DNA of 64,000 bases, from NCBI GenBank assembly GCA_964016885.1, contig OZ024741.1, positions 78,988,001 through 79,052,000 of the forward strand. Direction: 5' to 3'. The notes beneath the pieces are model-generated. The model made no database searches. It was not told the DNA's origin and worked only from the letters and a program-made list of their open reading frames with translations. Both the position numbers and the translations under genes were made by a program. Below, piece by piece: positions 25,448 through 40,524 of this stretch (position 1 is the first letter of the stretch; each line of letters begins with the position of its first letter). Origin of the DNA: Eledone cirrhosa. Taxonomy: Eukaryota.

Positions 25448-26884
25448 AATCATAATTCTGCTTGATCAGTGCTGACTTATACAAACTGCGTAGAACTAAG
25501 ATACTTGGTGCATGGACATGACGTATCACTGGAAATATAACTCGAACCAACACCCTTTCAATAAATAATTCGTAACTTTATTATATTTGCTATCTACAAC
25601 ACACTCTTTATTTTCCTTTTGAAGTTCAGTGATAAACTATATCCTGTTGCTCATCTTTTAATGTAAACCATTCCTTTAACTATAATTTAGCGAGGAGGGG
25701 TAAGTAAACACGTATAACAACCAGGGTGTGTGTATGAAATATCAACTCAATCTCTCTCAAATTACACTTATCGTTCTAAATCACATATGATATATCGGGA
25801 AATATAGGCCTATGCATACATGTGTACTTTGGCCATGATAGGAATACCTTTGATCATATATCCACCCAATGAGTTTGAACTTGTGGCTAAATAGTTACAA
25901 CTATAAAGTGTGAGTACGAACTAATACGGGATATTTACACAGTTCACAGGCCGGCTACAAATAGCAGCTAAATCTCTTACAAATCCAACACTAAATAGAT
26001 AACGTTGTATCGTACATTATGTTTGAATAAAGGATGAGATAGACACGTCTAGAACAGAATTGATTATAACTCTGCTTAGTCAGATCTAAGCTGGAGATTA
26101 TCAACAGCTCTTACAACACAAACACCAACACCAACTTGAACTAACAAGAGAACCTTGTTTAGTTGGTCGACTAGTTAGTAATAGTAGCTAAATCTACCTC
26201 ACTTCCACTATCTTGAATATGGAAAAACACATTGCATGATAAAATATAAAATATAATAAAATATCTGAATAGAAAACGGGATTGAACGCAGCTGGAGGAT
26301 TTTTGATGAAAGATCAACAGCAACAATAAAAACAACTACAACAACGGCTTTCTCTTCGTGTTAGAGTAAAAGTTGTTTCAAGTGAGAGGTTTCAACAATT
26401 CTCAAGAAAAGAAAGATAACGTAAGAAAATAAGGTGCATGTGTCTGTGGATGGATCTGATGTTTTGTAGCTATTGTTTTGTTTAGTTCCAAGTCAGTCTT
26501 CACTGAGTAGACCTGTGATTAAAGACACATCAGCCATGACCATCTCCGCTTTTTAAATTCTAAACCTAACGTAAACAACTTTAGTGATTTAAGATTTCGG
26601 GTTGACTTCTGTTCCATTGATGACCAGTATCAATAATTTTGATAATGATTGTTCTAAACTCTAAAGGTGTATAATTAATTAATATTTCTTTGTTATGCTA
26701 AAGCCTACTCATTTAATTAATTAAAATTAATTAAACTTTCTTGGCTTACTATATCAAGTATGCTAGCGTCCTCTTTATAATTTTGTAGCTTAAATTACAT
26801 TATCGGTGTCATTCCTTTTTCAGATAGTTAATTTGTGGGAGATTTGAAGAAAACATAGGCTTTTTTTTCTGGCAGTCTCGTAAC

Positions 26885-27085
26885 CATTGGCGTATTGAGT
26901 CTAAAAATATTTGTTGCCAGGGAGAGACAATGGGCCCACATACAACTATAATACTATCATTTAATTTTTATATCAAATAAATAATTTAAAAAAAAATCCT
27001 CTCTATTTCTATGTATGCAATTGGCCGTAAAAATGCGGATTATAGAATATATTAAAAAATTCTTACTTTCTACAATAAAAAAGCA
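26885..27085 (+). mobile_element. One end of a non-autonomous DNA transposon (hAT-like terminus)
   Basis: CATTGGCGTATTGAGTCTAAAA..GGCCCAC..CTATCATTTAATTTTTATA..TCTTACTTTCT.AATAAAAAA is shared with 56454-56640; opposite end not found. Confidence 0.5.
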
Positions 27086-27106
27086 GAAATGAGATTCGGT
27101 TTTCAT

Positions 27107-28856
<1,750 letters not shown>

Positions 28857-29110
28857 CAACTACTTAAATAAGATTGTTGAATTTATAATTTTTAATATAG
28901 ATAATTATCTCCCTTCTTTTAAAATAAATAATTTACCACATAATATTAAAGCATACTCAACTATATATTTAAAGGAAAATATATAAAAAGAACCATATCA
29001 ATTATTAAATACTTTTCTACTCAATAATTTCAATATCTACATATACATAAACAAAGATAGCTTACATACAAATTCTATAATCCAAATTCTTTCCCCCTTT
29101 ATTATTATAT

Positions 29111-29229
29111 TTTCATCCTTACGGGGTCGATAAAATAAAGTACCAGTCACGCACTGGGATCCATTTCTTCGACTCCCCCCCCCCCCAAATTGCTGGCCTT
29201 GTGCCTAAATAAGAAACCATTATATTATT
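29111..29229 (+). mobile_element. 5'-truncated Meta-like SINE
   Basis: TTTCATCCTTACGGGGTCGATAAAATAAAGTACCAG..GGCCTTGTGCCTAAA. Confidence 0.85.
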
Positions 29230-29654
29230 TCTGACTTCCTAGAATATTTTTTCCTTTGATATTATATATACTTTTGATTTAATACCTATCTTAAATGATT
29301 ATAAGCGGAATTAAGACTGAATAACGATCAATATTTTTTTTTTTTTTTTACCAATCTAATTATGATATATTTTAAATAATTTATGAAACGTTTAAACCAA
29401 CTGCAATATTTTCTTCCAGTCACGTAACGCCCTATGTGTTGAGTTTTTTCTAGTCATATGCTTGGTGGTCATCGATCTGTCCAGCTCATTTGTCTACCAG
29501 CATATCATGAAAAAATTATACATTTTCTATGTATTTTATCTGAGGAGGACATGTTTTGCTTTATGTTATACATAAAACTTTACACCTTCGAAATATATAT
29601 AATGAAATAAATAGAGATGGTAAAGAGTATTATCTTTCGTTTATTATTATTATT

Positions 29655-31045
29655 AAATGGGCCGAGAGAGAGCTGTCCCTGAAAGGCCGGGCGGAGGTGG
29701 CGAATGCGTACATCGCATCCGTCATCTGCTACCGCCTCACCGTCGTCCCTTGCCCCGGCCCAACTCTCACCAAAAAGGAGCGCCTCCTCTTCCGCTTTTT
29801 GTGGAAGGGACGCGCTCCAATGATCAGACGATCCATCTGCTGTCAACACCGTTGCGTGGAGGACTGGGCATGCCATGGTTGATGGTGCGCAAATATGCGC
29901 TGAGGCTGCGACATCTCTGGTGCTTCCTTGACGGTGAACAGGTGTGGTCGCCGTTCGCCAGGCACGTTTTCCCACAGCTCGTCTCATTGAAGGAGCTGCA
30001 GTCCTGGGTCAGGAAAAGACCGAGGGATAGCGTTTGGAAACTGGAATGTCTCCAGGCGTTCACTGCCCTCTGCCAGCTGGGCACCAGTATCGGTGGAACA
30101 TCCACCTCGGCGTTCTATAGAAGACTAGTGGAGGGGAAAAGCGACGACGTTCTCGGAGAGATCCTGGGCGTCGAAGAAAATCAGCTGTTTGCTCTCTTCC
30201 GGAGAACTTTCAGCCCAGGGCCTATGGATAACTTCCAAAAATCCCTGGCTTGGCAGTGCTACCGGGGAGCGTTGCCGGTTCGAGATAAGATCTACAGTCA
30301 CGGAAGTGCTGTCAGCCGAGCCTGTCCGAGATGCGCGCAGAGCGACGAAACCGTCGAGCACGCACTCGTTCAGTGCCCGAGTATTGCTGACCTGTGGAGC
30401 TATGTCGAACAGTTGCTGTCGCGTGTAGGACTGATCCGGTTATCGACTGAGTCCATTGTGCAGATGGTCTCTTCGTCTTCCTTCGAGGAGGAATGGCAAG
30501 TGGTTTTCATCTTCCTGGTGTCCATGGCGAAAGAGATTGTGTGGTGGACAAGGTTGAAAGGGTTAAAGACAGACATTTTTCTCTTCGGCGAATCCCTGAT
30601 TAACTTTTTCAAGTTTCACTTGAAGAGGAAAATCAGGGTGGAGAGGCAAGTGCTGTCTTCTAGCAAGTTTTTTGAAAGGTGGGTGAATGTAGCGAGAATG
30701 GTCCGAGTGAACGGGACTTCTCTGAATATACGCCTGTAGTTTGAGAAATGGAAAAATTGAGAGAGGGTGTTTGTCCTGGTCGTCAGGGTGGCCGTGGTCT
30801 TTTGTGTGGGTTTCGCCACATTTAACCCTCGGAGGTTTCCTCCATATTGGGGAATTTTTAAATTGTTTCAATTTTCATTTCTATTGTTTATATATATATA
30901 TATGTTTCTATGTCTTTTCCTTTTCTTTTCTTATATAAATAATAAAAAACTTTACACGCACAATACCCATATCGTACCGTCCTGTACCGTCCTGTGTCGT
31001 CCGTAATGTTTTTCTTGATGTAAGCTCTTGTGGCCAATAAAGAAA

Positions 31046-31047
<2 letters not shown>
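29655..31047 (+). mobile_element. Tx1-clade LINE copy A, 5'-truncated, divergent subfamily
   Basis: ORF2 C-terminus (KWAERELSLKGRAEV; CPRCAQSDETVEHALVQC) with one frameshift; ends AATAAAGAAATC then (ATT)14; (TTA)n at its 5' junction (29641-29654). Confidence 0.92.
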
Positions 31048-31090
<43 letters not shown>

Positions 31091-31091
<1 letters not shown>

Positions 31092-33490
31092 AGCTGCATT
31101 TAACTTGCTTTATGTTCATTTGAGTTATCAACAAGGTCTGCCATGTTCAAGAAAGAACATACATACTCATACATGCATCTTTAGTGTTTAGACTTGTGAT
31201 GTACTTATATTGACAGAATCTTCCTTAGTATATGGGCAGTTCCCATTAGTACTATTTTTTGTATTTCTCCTATACGCGGGTTTCCTGGGATTTGCGATAA
31301 GTAATCATTAGACCCCTTAGGTATCATTCCTAGAGCGCCTACAACCACTGGTATTGTTTTAGTTCTCAATTTCCACATTTTTCCAATTTCTATCTCCAGG
31401 TCCTTATACTTGCTGAATTTTTCAAATGTTTTTATAGATACATTCTTGTCTATTGGAACGGACATATCAATTAGCAGGCATACCCTCTTTTTATAGTCCT
31501 TCAATATTATATCAGGTCTATTTGCATCTATTTTTCGGTCTGTTTGGATGCTAAAGTTCCACAAGATTGAGATGCGATCTTTTTCAAGTATGGGAGGTGG
31601 TTGATGCTCCCACCAATTCTTTTGATGGGGCAGGTCAAAATGCTTACACATTATCCAATGTATGTATTGTGCAGCTCTGTCATGCCTGTTTAGGTATTCG
31701 GTTGGAGCTATAGGACTGCACATTGAAATTATATGGTCAATGGTCTCTGGTTGTTTTTTACATACACGGCATAATGGGCTGCATCCATTTTTTATTATGT
31801 TGGCTTGGTAATTTTTTGTTGGCAGACACTGATCTTGTGCTGATATAATCAGTCCTTCAGTCTCCGATTTCAGTCCAGAGGATGCCAACCACTGATGGGT
31901 TAAAGTTTTGTCAACATCAGGATTGTTAGCTCGTTCTGGGTATTTTCCATACAGAGGCTTTTCTTGCCATTTCTTAGCCAGTTTCTGTAGCAGTTCTTTC
32001 TTTGCAGTTACTTTTACCTGCTTTGCTTTTTCTGTGTTTTCCATTTCAGCAGTAAATGGGACTTCTGAAATGTGTAGTCCATTACTGTATCTTTGTGCAT
32101 CTTTTGTAATGGAGTATGATCTTTTGATGCTTTCGTGTTTCAAAACGAGTTTGATCATCCAATCATGTGATTCCCTTAGATATGTAGATAATCCAATTGT
32201 TGCAGTTTTCAACGCAATGTCCTACTGGATTAACCCACGTCCTCCTTCTTTCCTAGGGAGATATATTCTATCTGTATCTGCCTTAGGGTGATGCATTCTG
32301 TGCATGGTTAAGAATTTTCGAATTTTTGTATCGAGCCTACGGATCTCTGTGCTTGACCAGTTGATGACATTGTAACTGTAGGTTACTACTGGTATGGCAA
32401 GCGTGTTTATGGCATCGATCCTATTCCTTGCATTCAATGCCGTTAAGATTTCTCTTACTCTGCGGTAACATTCCTTCCTTATCCTTTCCCTCATTGTCGA
32501 GTGCTTGATTCCGTCTCCTTCACAAACACCTAGATATTTGTAAGTTTCCTCTTGATCAAGTTCTCTTATCACATTCCCTCGATCAAGATTAATGTCTGAA
32601 CTTTTCAGCAGCTTTCCTCTAGTGAACGTTGCTTTGGCGCATTTATCTAGCCCAAACTCCATTTTAATATCATCACAGTGGATAATAGCCCTTGCAATTG
32701 TTCATCATTTTTTGCAAATAGTTTCAGGTCATCCATGTAGAACAAGTGATTAATGGTTTTGTCATAGACTTTATATCCATGCTTTGTTTCATTGAGCATT
32801 TTACTTAATGGTATAAGTGCGATGCAGAATAAAAGCGGTGATAAAGAGTCACTCTGAAAAATTTCACAATTAATATTAACTTCTCCAGCTTCCAGTGATT
32901 TTGTTTCACTATTCAAAAGGAGTGTCGTTTTCCATGTCTTCATACTGAATGACAAAAACCTCCTGACAACGGGGATATTTTGAAAATCTCTAAACATTTT
33001 TCAATCCAACTGTGTGGCAAACTATCGAATGCTTTTTTTATAATCTATCCAAGCAATTGATAGATTTTTGTGTCTATTATGACAATCTTCCAGTATCATT
33101 TTGTTAACCAAAAGCTGATCCTTTCAGCCATATGAGCCTCGTTTACACCTTTTCTGCTCAATGGGAAATAGGTCTTTTGTTATCAGGTGGTCATATGTAT
33201 ATTCAGTTAGGAATGATGTTAAAATTTTATACATTGTGGTCAAGCAAGTTACGGGTCTGTAATTTTTGGGATTGTTTGTCTCATCATTCTTCGGAAGCAG
33301 GAATGTAATGCCGTTAACTAGCCATGATGGTATCTTTTCTGGCTCCTTAACTATTTCATTGTAAAGTTGGGCTAACAGCTCATGAGACTCTGTGAAGGCA
33401 TTTATCCAAAAATTTTGTATTTTGTCTTTTCCTGGAGATTTCCATTTGCTGGTTTTTCTTAGAGCCAAACGCAACTGTTCAACTGTTATA
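31091..33490 (-). mobile_element. R4/Dong-clade LINE family 1, 5'-truncated and decayed
   Basis: RT (KSPGKDKIQNFW, NYRPVTCL, IFQSDSLSPLLF, HLFYMDDLKL, YKYLG), CCHC (CRVCKKQPETIDHIISMC), RLE (RHD, NRPD, LIDMS, KFSKY); (ATT)n on both sides. Confidence 0.93.
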
Positions 33491-33539
<49 letters not shown>

Positions 33540-36500
33540 GGCGACCTACGTAAGAAATCGTATCATCGCGAGCTCCGCAAATGTTTGTTGTTTTCGTTTG
33601 TTTAAAATTGCCATATATGGAAAATTTTTGTTGTTAACTGTTTATAAGGTCACAAAATTTGCTTTCGGAAAAGGACACTCAAAAAGAATGGGGCCTTGAG
33701 CCCAAAATTTTAACTTTTATAATTATCAAACGACAAATTTCTTTGAAAAAAAATCATGGACGACTCACAGTCACACCTTCCTCACAGACTAACACCTCAC
33801 ACCGACACCACCATTGTAAATATTACTACGTTTGCCAACACTAAAAATATAAGCAGTAGCAATAATTTAAATTTGTCTCATGCAGACATTAATTTCCCGT
33901 CATTACCGATGACTGCAGGTGTTGAATCCGCCACCCCCACCACCACCACCACAGAGACAACAGAAACAAAAGAAAAAAAAATTAACTCGTGACATCGAAA
34001 TGGATTCACCCGGAATGGACTCTTCCACACCGAACACCACTGACGCCAACCACACCACAACTGAAACTAAAAATAACAATAACAAAAATAACAATAACAA
34101 CAACAGCAACAACAACAATGAGAATAACATCGTGTCATTTGCGAAGGCAGCCAAAAAATGCGAAACAATCCAGGTAACACAGGAGGAATTAGATGAAGCC
34201 AAGAGAATCGTAAAGAAAGATGGGTACAGGGTCAGCCTCACCCCCCTCCACCAAATACAATGGAGCATCGTCACCTATGCACCGTGTCTTGTCGGACGAT
34301 TAACATAAAATCGCGCCGAGTGGAACGGGCATCCGAGTCCCAAATCCCAAAAGCTTTGGGACATGTGTGGGCAAAAAACCCTCACATCAGACGTGGGCAG
34401 AAATATGGAACCGTGGAAGTGTTCTTTGGAACACCACAGGAGGCCAGAGAACACTGCATGGCCCCATTAAGAAGTGACGACTTCACACTCGTCCCAAGCT
34501 ATTGTGGCCAGAGACTCGTAAAATCCGGGTGACCCACGTTCCACCAGCCATCGAAATTCCCTGGCTAATGGCTGCCGTCCTCGCCGGCATCGAGGCCAAC
34601 ACCAAGATAATCGAAATAGCGAAAGAAAAGCAGGATAACTGGTCCGGATCTGGGATGGAGCTGCTGATCCAAGCGGACCATAAAAGCATTGAGGAGATCC
34701 CAGAGGTAATAGACCTCACTGACGGCAGCCACCTCACCGTAATCGCCGAGGGCAGAAGGCCTAGGTGTGTCGTTTGTGGTTAAGTAACCCACCTAAGGGC
34801 TTTCTGCTCTCAGGCTAAAAGGTTGAGGCCACCTCTCTTACCCACCCTTGTGTCTCAACCATCAACACCACCAGCAGCAGAAATGGCAGCAACAACTGTA
34901 GCAGCAACAACAGAAGCAACTGTAACAGCAACAACCCCAGCAACAGTAATAAAACTAACACCACCACCACCCAATGCACCAGGACTAGCACCAGCGCCTA
35001 CACCATCCACCACACCACAACCAAAACCAACGCCTGTGGAGGATTTTCCACTCCCCTACCTATCGCAACTGGAAACAGATTGTGACGACGAGAAGTGGGA
35101 AACGGTATCAGGAAAAAAGAAAAAAGAAACCAAAAAAGAAAAAATTCTCTTCCTTCCCCCTCCAAAAACAAAATACAGAGGGAAACAAATAAACTATCAA
35201 ACAAAAAAGTTAGGACAGCTATGCCACCATCCACACTAGCATCACCAACCCCATCACCACAAACACAAACACAATCACCATCATTAACCCCTACACCACC
35301 ATCACCAACACCACAAAAGTCACCAAAAAGCGAAACAGAAACAAACCCACAACAAACGCAAACAAAACAAAACAACCAAAACGATACACACTACACAGCA
35401 TTAAATTTGAACGGTGGATTGGCAGTATCGATAGAGGGTCGGACACCATGTTTTCCAACATAGTTACGTCCTTTTACGATCTGAGTTCAAATCGCGCCGA
35501 GGTTGACTTTGCCTTTCATCCTTACGGGTCGATAATATAAAGTACCAGTAATACACTGGTTAATTGCTGGCCTTGTGCCAAAAGTAGAAACAATTAAATT
35601 TGAACAACAACCAATTATTACACTACATCTAACACAACACCGGCATCACAGAAAAAGACTACACACACCCCAAAAGTTCACACCACCTACACACATACAA
35701 ATCACTCGTATCACACAGAAAACGTACACGAAACTAAAACAAAAATTCCCCAAAGACATCGGAGACTTCCGACAAGCACTCTCCAGGAGGATTTATAAGG
35801 ACATCCTTCCGGAGGATTCCAGAAGCAGTGAAAAGGATGGACAAACCATCCTTCCTCTACGAGAAGTAAGGTAAGTGGTCTTTCCCATCTTCCCCACTCC
35901 ATTTCAACATGACCTCACTCAGAATAGGCAGCATAAATGCGCGTGGCTTGGGGTCGTCATGGAAGCAGGGCCACCTGCTCAACGACCTCAGGTCACTACA
36001 CATATATGTAGTGGCCATCAGCGAGACCAGAATCACCGAAGCAAGAGCCTTTGCACCGATCTTCGGCGGCTACGATATGTACGCATCTCCCAGCCGTCCT
36101 GGATCGGGGGTAGGAGTTGCTGTGCTTTTTCGGAGAGGTTTAGATCTCACCATACGGGCCATCTTCCTGGGCCAAGAAGGTAAGTTGGTGGTGCTGGACG
36201 TGACCAGCGGAGACGGGCAAGCTTTCAGGCTAGTGGCCGTCTATGCCTAGACAGGAGCAGGGCGGCCTGATTTCTTCCGGCGTCTGGAGACCTCTCTTGG
36301 AACGTCCAGCTCTTTAGTGTTAGTGGGCGACTGAAACGGGATCTTAGATGCACGCTGGGACTGTGTGGGATTAGCGAATATGGGAGGAGGGTGCAAGAGC
36401 CTCACCAACCTGCTCAGGCGTTTTGGACTGTCTGACAGGTACCGATTGGATTTCCCGAATGTGCCAATGTGGACTTGGACAAACTGCATAGGGTCATCCA

Positions 36501-39500
36501 GATCATATCTAGATAGAGTATTTTGTAGGGGAATAGATAGGTCTAGCATAGGCTGTCCACAATTCAAGATAGTCAGCTACACGGACCACAAATTCGTGAT
36601 ATGTGTGCTTGACTTAGATAGGCTTTATAGACGAGTACTCGGCTACTGGAAGCTAAACGCGTCCTTACCAGCGCGCAAGGCCTACAGAGACCGGATTAGC
36701 GAACTAGTTAAGCGGGCGTTGACGGGGGCCATTGTCAACAACAAGTGGTGGTTTGCTCTGAAAAGAGCGATTAGAATAGAGTCCATTAGGTTTAGTAAGG
36801 CTTTAGCAACAGAGAAAAATAGAGCAGAATGAGAACTATTTAGAAAATTAGACGAGGCGCTTAGCAAAGGCATCGTGACCGACGTACTTGCGGCGAAATT
36901 GGCCAATTCTTCAATGCAAAGCAAGAAGACTGCGTTGTCAGAGCTAGGGTGCGTGCTCTCAGACACGAGGGGACGAAAGCCGTTCAATGGGCCCGAGTGG
37001 CGGAGGCGCGTCGTGGCAACAAAGCCACGATCCGGTCTTTGGTGGACCACGACGGGCGCATGCTACTCGATCCTGGCAAATGTGTGAAGCTTTTCAGCGA
37101 CACTTCGCTTAGCTGTTCGGGGGCAGCGGCGGGCCGGATCGAGGGATGGACTTTAGTGTCTACCTCGACGGACTGCCGGGGCTCTCGGCCACTGAGGTGG
37201 AGTGTTGCGAAAAGCCGATAACAGCCGCTGAAGTCCGGGAGCCAGTGACTGGCTGCACAAGGGGTAAATCGCCTGGTTTGGATGCTCTGCCCTATGAACT
37301 TTACGTACAGATGCCAGACTATTTCGAAGGCCTCTTGGCGGACGTCTACTGCGACTGGCAGCAGAACGGGAGAATTCCCAGCTCTGTGAGCCGAGGAGCT
37401 GTGCCGCTGCTGAGAAAGGATCCGAACAAGGGGGTTAACAAAGATAATTTTAGGCCCATAACGCTGCTAAACACAGAGTTCAAGATTTTGGCCAAGGTGC
37501 TAGCAAAGAGGTTGGCGCTTGTCGTTGGTGGTCTGGTGAGATAGGCGCAGACATGCGCCATTCCCGACAGATCCATCCACGACAACCTCCACCTCATGCG
37601 ATACATCGTGGAGAGGGTAGCTAAGGAACCTGGCACGGGTGGGTCCTTGATCAATTTAGATCGGTCGAAAGCTTTCGATAGGATCGACCATCGTTACCTA
37701 GCGGCAGTCCTGAGGGCGGCTGGCTTTGGGCACATCTTCAGAGGCTGGATCACTGCCATGCACAGCGACATCTGCTCTGTGGTGCGAGTGAACGGTCACC
37801 TTTCGGAACGGTTCAACATCATGCGCTCGGTCCGCCAAGGATGTCCCCTCTCGTCCCTCTTGTACGTATTGACTCTCGAGCCATTACTGCACAAACTGGA
37901 GACGTTGAGGGGGATCCCGCGCGAACTAGGATGCGGAATATCCGTGTCAGCATATGCGGACGATGTCACCGTAGTGGTGTCGAACGCCAAACACATCGAG
38001 GCGATCGGCACTACACTAAGAGAATACGAAGCCGTGACAGGAACAATGATCAACCAGGAAAAGTCAGTGGGCCTGCAGCTCGGCACCTGGAGAGGCAGGT
38101 CGATGCCGTCCAACAGCGTCTTCGGGCGCTGAACGGACGGACCGGTTAAATTGCTAGGGGTCTGGTTCGGTCCGGACCTCCAGACGGACAAAAACTGGGA
38201 CGAGGTGACGAGCAGGGTGGCTTCTCTCACCCTGAAATGGGCGGAGAGGTAGCTATCCCTGAAAGGTCGAGCGGAGGTGTCTAACGCGTATATCGCGTCC
38301 GTAATCTACTACCGCCTGACCGTCGTACGTTGTCCATAGCCCCGCCTGACTGCGCTGGAGCGTTTGCTCTTTCGCTTTTTGTGGAAGGGACGCACTCCGA
38401 TGGTCAGGCGGTCCATCTGCTGTCAACACCCGCTACGTGGAGGGCTGAGCATGCAGGTGGCTGATGATGCGCAGACACGCCCTCAGGCTACGACTTCTCC
38501 ACCTCTTCCTCGACGGTGATCAGTTGTAGTCGCCGTTTGCTTGACGCGTCTTTCCCCAGCTCGTCTCCTTGACGGAGCTGCAGTCCTGGGTCAAGCGAAG
38601 ACCGAGAGGGAGCGCTTGGAGACTGGAATGTCTTCAGGTGCTCGCAGCCCTCGACTAATTAGGCAATGTGATCGGTGGAAACTCCACCTTGGCGTTCTAT
38701 AGAGGATTAGGGAAGAGCGACGACGTACTTGGGGAAACTCTAGGCGTCGACGAAAATCAACTAGCCAATCTCTTCGGAAGAACTTTCGGGCCGTGGCCTA
38801 TGGACAACTTCCAGAAATCCCTGGCCAGGCAGTGCTACCGAGGAGCTTTGCCAGTTCGGTATAAACTCTACAGGCATGGAGGTGCCGTCAGCCGGGCAAG
38901 TCCGAGATGCGCGCAGGCCGACGAAAACGTCCTGCACGCACTCGTCAAGTGTCCGAGCATTACTGACTTGTGGGTTTATGTCGAACACCTGCTGTCGCGT
39001 GTAGGACAGATCCAGCTATCAGCTGAGTCCGTAGTGAGAGTTGCCCCCTCCCCTTCCTTTAGCCGGGAAGGGCAGGCAGTTTTTATCTGTCTGGTGGCCA
39101 TGGCGAAAGAGATAGTATGGTAGACACGTTTGAAAGGGCTGAAGACGAGTACTTACTTCTTCGGTGATGCCCTGATTAACTTTTTCAAATTTCATTTGAA
39201 AAGGAAAATTAGGGTAGAGAGGGAAGTGTTCTCTTCCCAGCATTTTGTTGAAAGATGGGTGAGAGAGGCAAGAATGGCCCGAGTGAATGGGCCTACTCTG
39301 AGTATGTGTCTGTAAATTAAATGTGGAAAACTGGGAGAGGACACTTGCCCTGGTGGTCAGGGTCACTGTGGCTTTTTAATGGGCTTTCTCCACGAATGTC
39401 CCTCGGTATTGGGGAATTTTTTATTGTTATTTTTTTGTAACATCCTCTGTTTTTGTTTTTTTACACGCAGAAATGCCATTTTGTACCCTCCTGTATTGTC

Positions 39501-39555
39501 CTCTACTGTCCTTAATGTCTACTTTATATAAACCCTTGTAGTTAATAAGGAAAGC
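33540..39555 (+). mobile_element. Tx1-clade LINE copy B, full-length but decayed, with distinct ORF1 and 5'UTR
   Basis: Broken ORF1 (33756-35874, knuckle remnant CVVCG*VTHLRAFC) and broken ORF2 (35909-39315) collinear with copies C/D; starts after (ATT)16, ends AATAAGGAAAGC + (ATT)5. Confidence 0.93.
35413..35592 (+). mobile_element. tRNA-derived Meta-like SINE inserted in Tx1-B ORF1
   Basis: A/B boxes and central domain; 13-bp TSD ATTAAATTTGAAC at 35400-35412 and 35593-35605. Confidence 0.92.
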
Positions 39556-39570
39556 ATTATTATTATTATT

Positions 39571-40478
39571 GTTCTTTGAGTCTCAGTCATTGATGTTAGT
39601 TAACTGGAAAGTTTGTTGAAATGAATATCAAGCCACTACCAGCAGCCTCAGATATTCAGGACGTATCGGAGGGTTCTTGCTGTTCCCAGCAAGCATGCCT
39701 TTTGAAGTGTTCCAAAAAGCGGGGCGGGGCCAATGTTCTTTAACCATCCCTGGAAACTTTTTGAGATAGTACCTAGTGCGCCTTTGACAATCGGGACCAC
39801 TTTGACTTCATGGCAGTTCCAAATCCTTTTTACCTCCGACTTTAAATCCTGGTATCGGTTAATTTTCTCCCTCTCCTTCTCTTGCACTCTCGTGTCGAAT
39901 GGGCAGGCAACATACACAATCAGGCACGATCTTTTTTCTTTGTCCAAAACCACCAGGTTAAGTTTATTGTGTTCCAGTTTCTTGTCCGTCTGTATCCTAA
40001 AATCCCACCTTCACCTGATCGTTTTTTATCACCGACTCTGGCTTATGCTCAAACCACTTCTCAGAATGTGGTAAATTGTTTACTTTGCATAGGTGCCAGT
40101 GGATCACCCTGCCCATCACATCATGTCTCCAGCCTTTATAGTGAGTCTGGGCTAGGTGTTTACACTCGGATACAATGTGAGCCACAGTCTCCTCTCACCC
40201 TCCACAGATCCTGCACAGTGAGCTAGCCTCCTCCTTGTAAATATGGTATTTCAGCCACTTCGTTTTGAGGGCCTGCTCTTGCGCAGCCATTAGTATTCCT
40301 TCTGTAGCCTTTTTAAAGTCTCCTCTTTTCAACCAGTTCCATGTCTGTGGATCTCTGAATTCAGTTTTCTCAAAGAAGGTATTATGAAAGGATTTTTCAT
40401 GAAGGTTGCTCTTTCTCCTTGTTGTTATTTCCTCCTTGGACATCCCCTGGTCTATTGTCCTCTCCTTCAGTACAATTC

Positions 40479-40480
<2 letters not shown>
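39571..40480 (-). mobile_element. R4/Dong-clade LINE family 2, 3' fragment
   Basis: WLKRGDFKKATEGILMAAQEQAL, CRICGG*EETVAHIVSEC, RHD, VACPFD..EKINRYQDL, VVPIVKGALG; (ATT)n on both sides. Confidence 0.9.

Positions 40481-40524
<44 letters not shown>

Larger units (their letters stand above)
23460..26580. repeat. Several decayed copies of one short interspersed repeat family, both strands
   Basis: Motifs CAGACCTRTGATCAAAG..CAGCCATGACCATC and ATTTAGCTGCT recur at ~23470-23660 (+), 25100-25500, 25700-25900, 25950-26110, 26170-26340 (-) and 26470-26580 (+). Confidence 0.55.
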
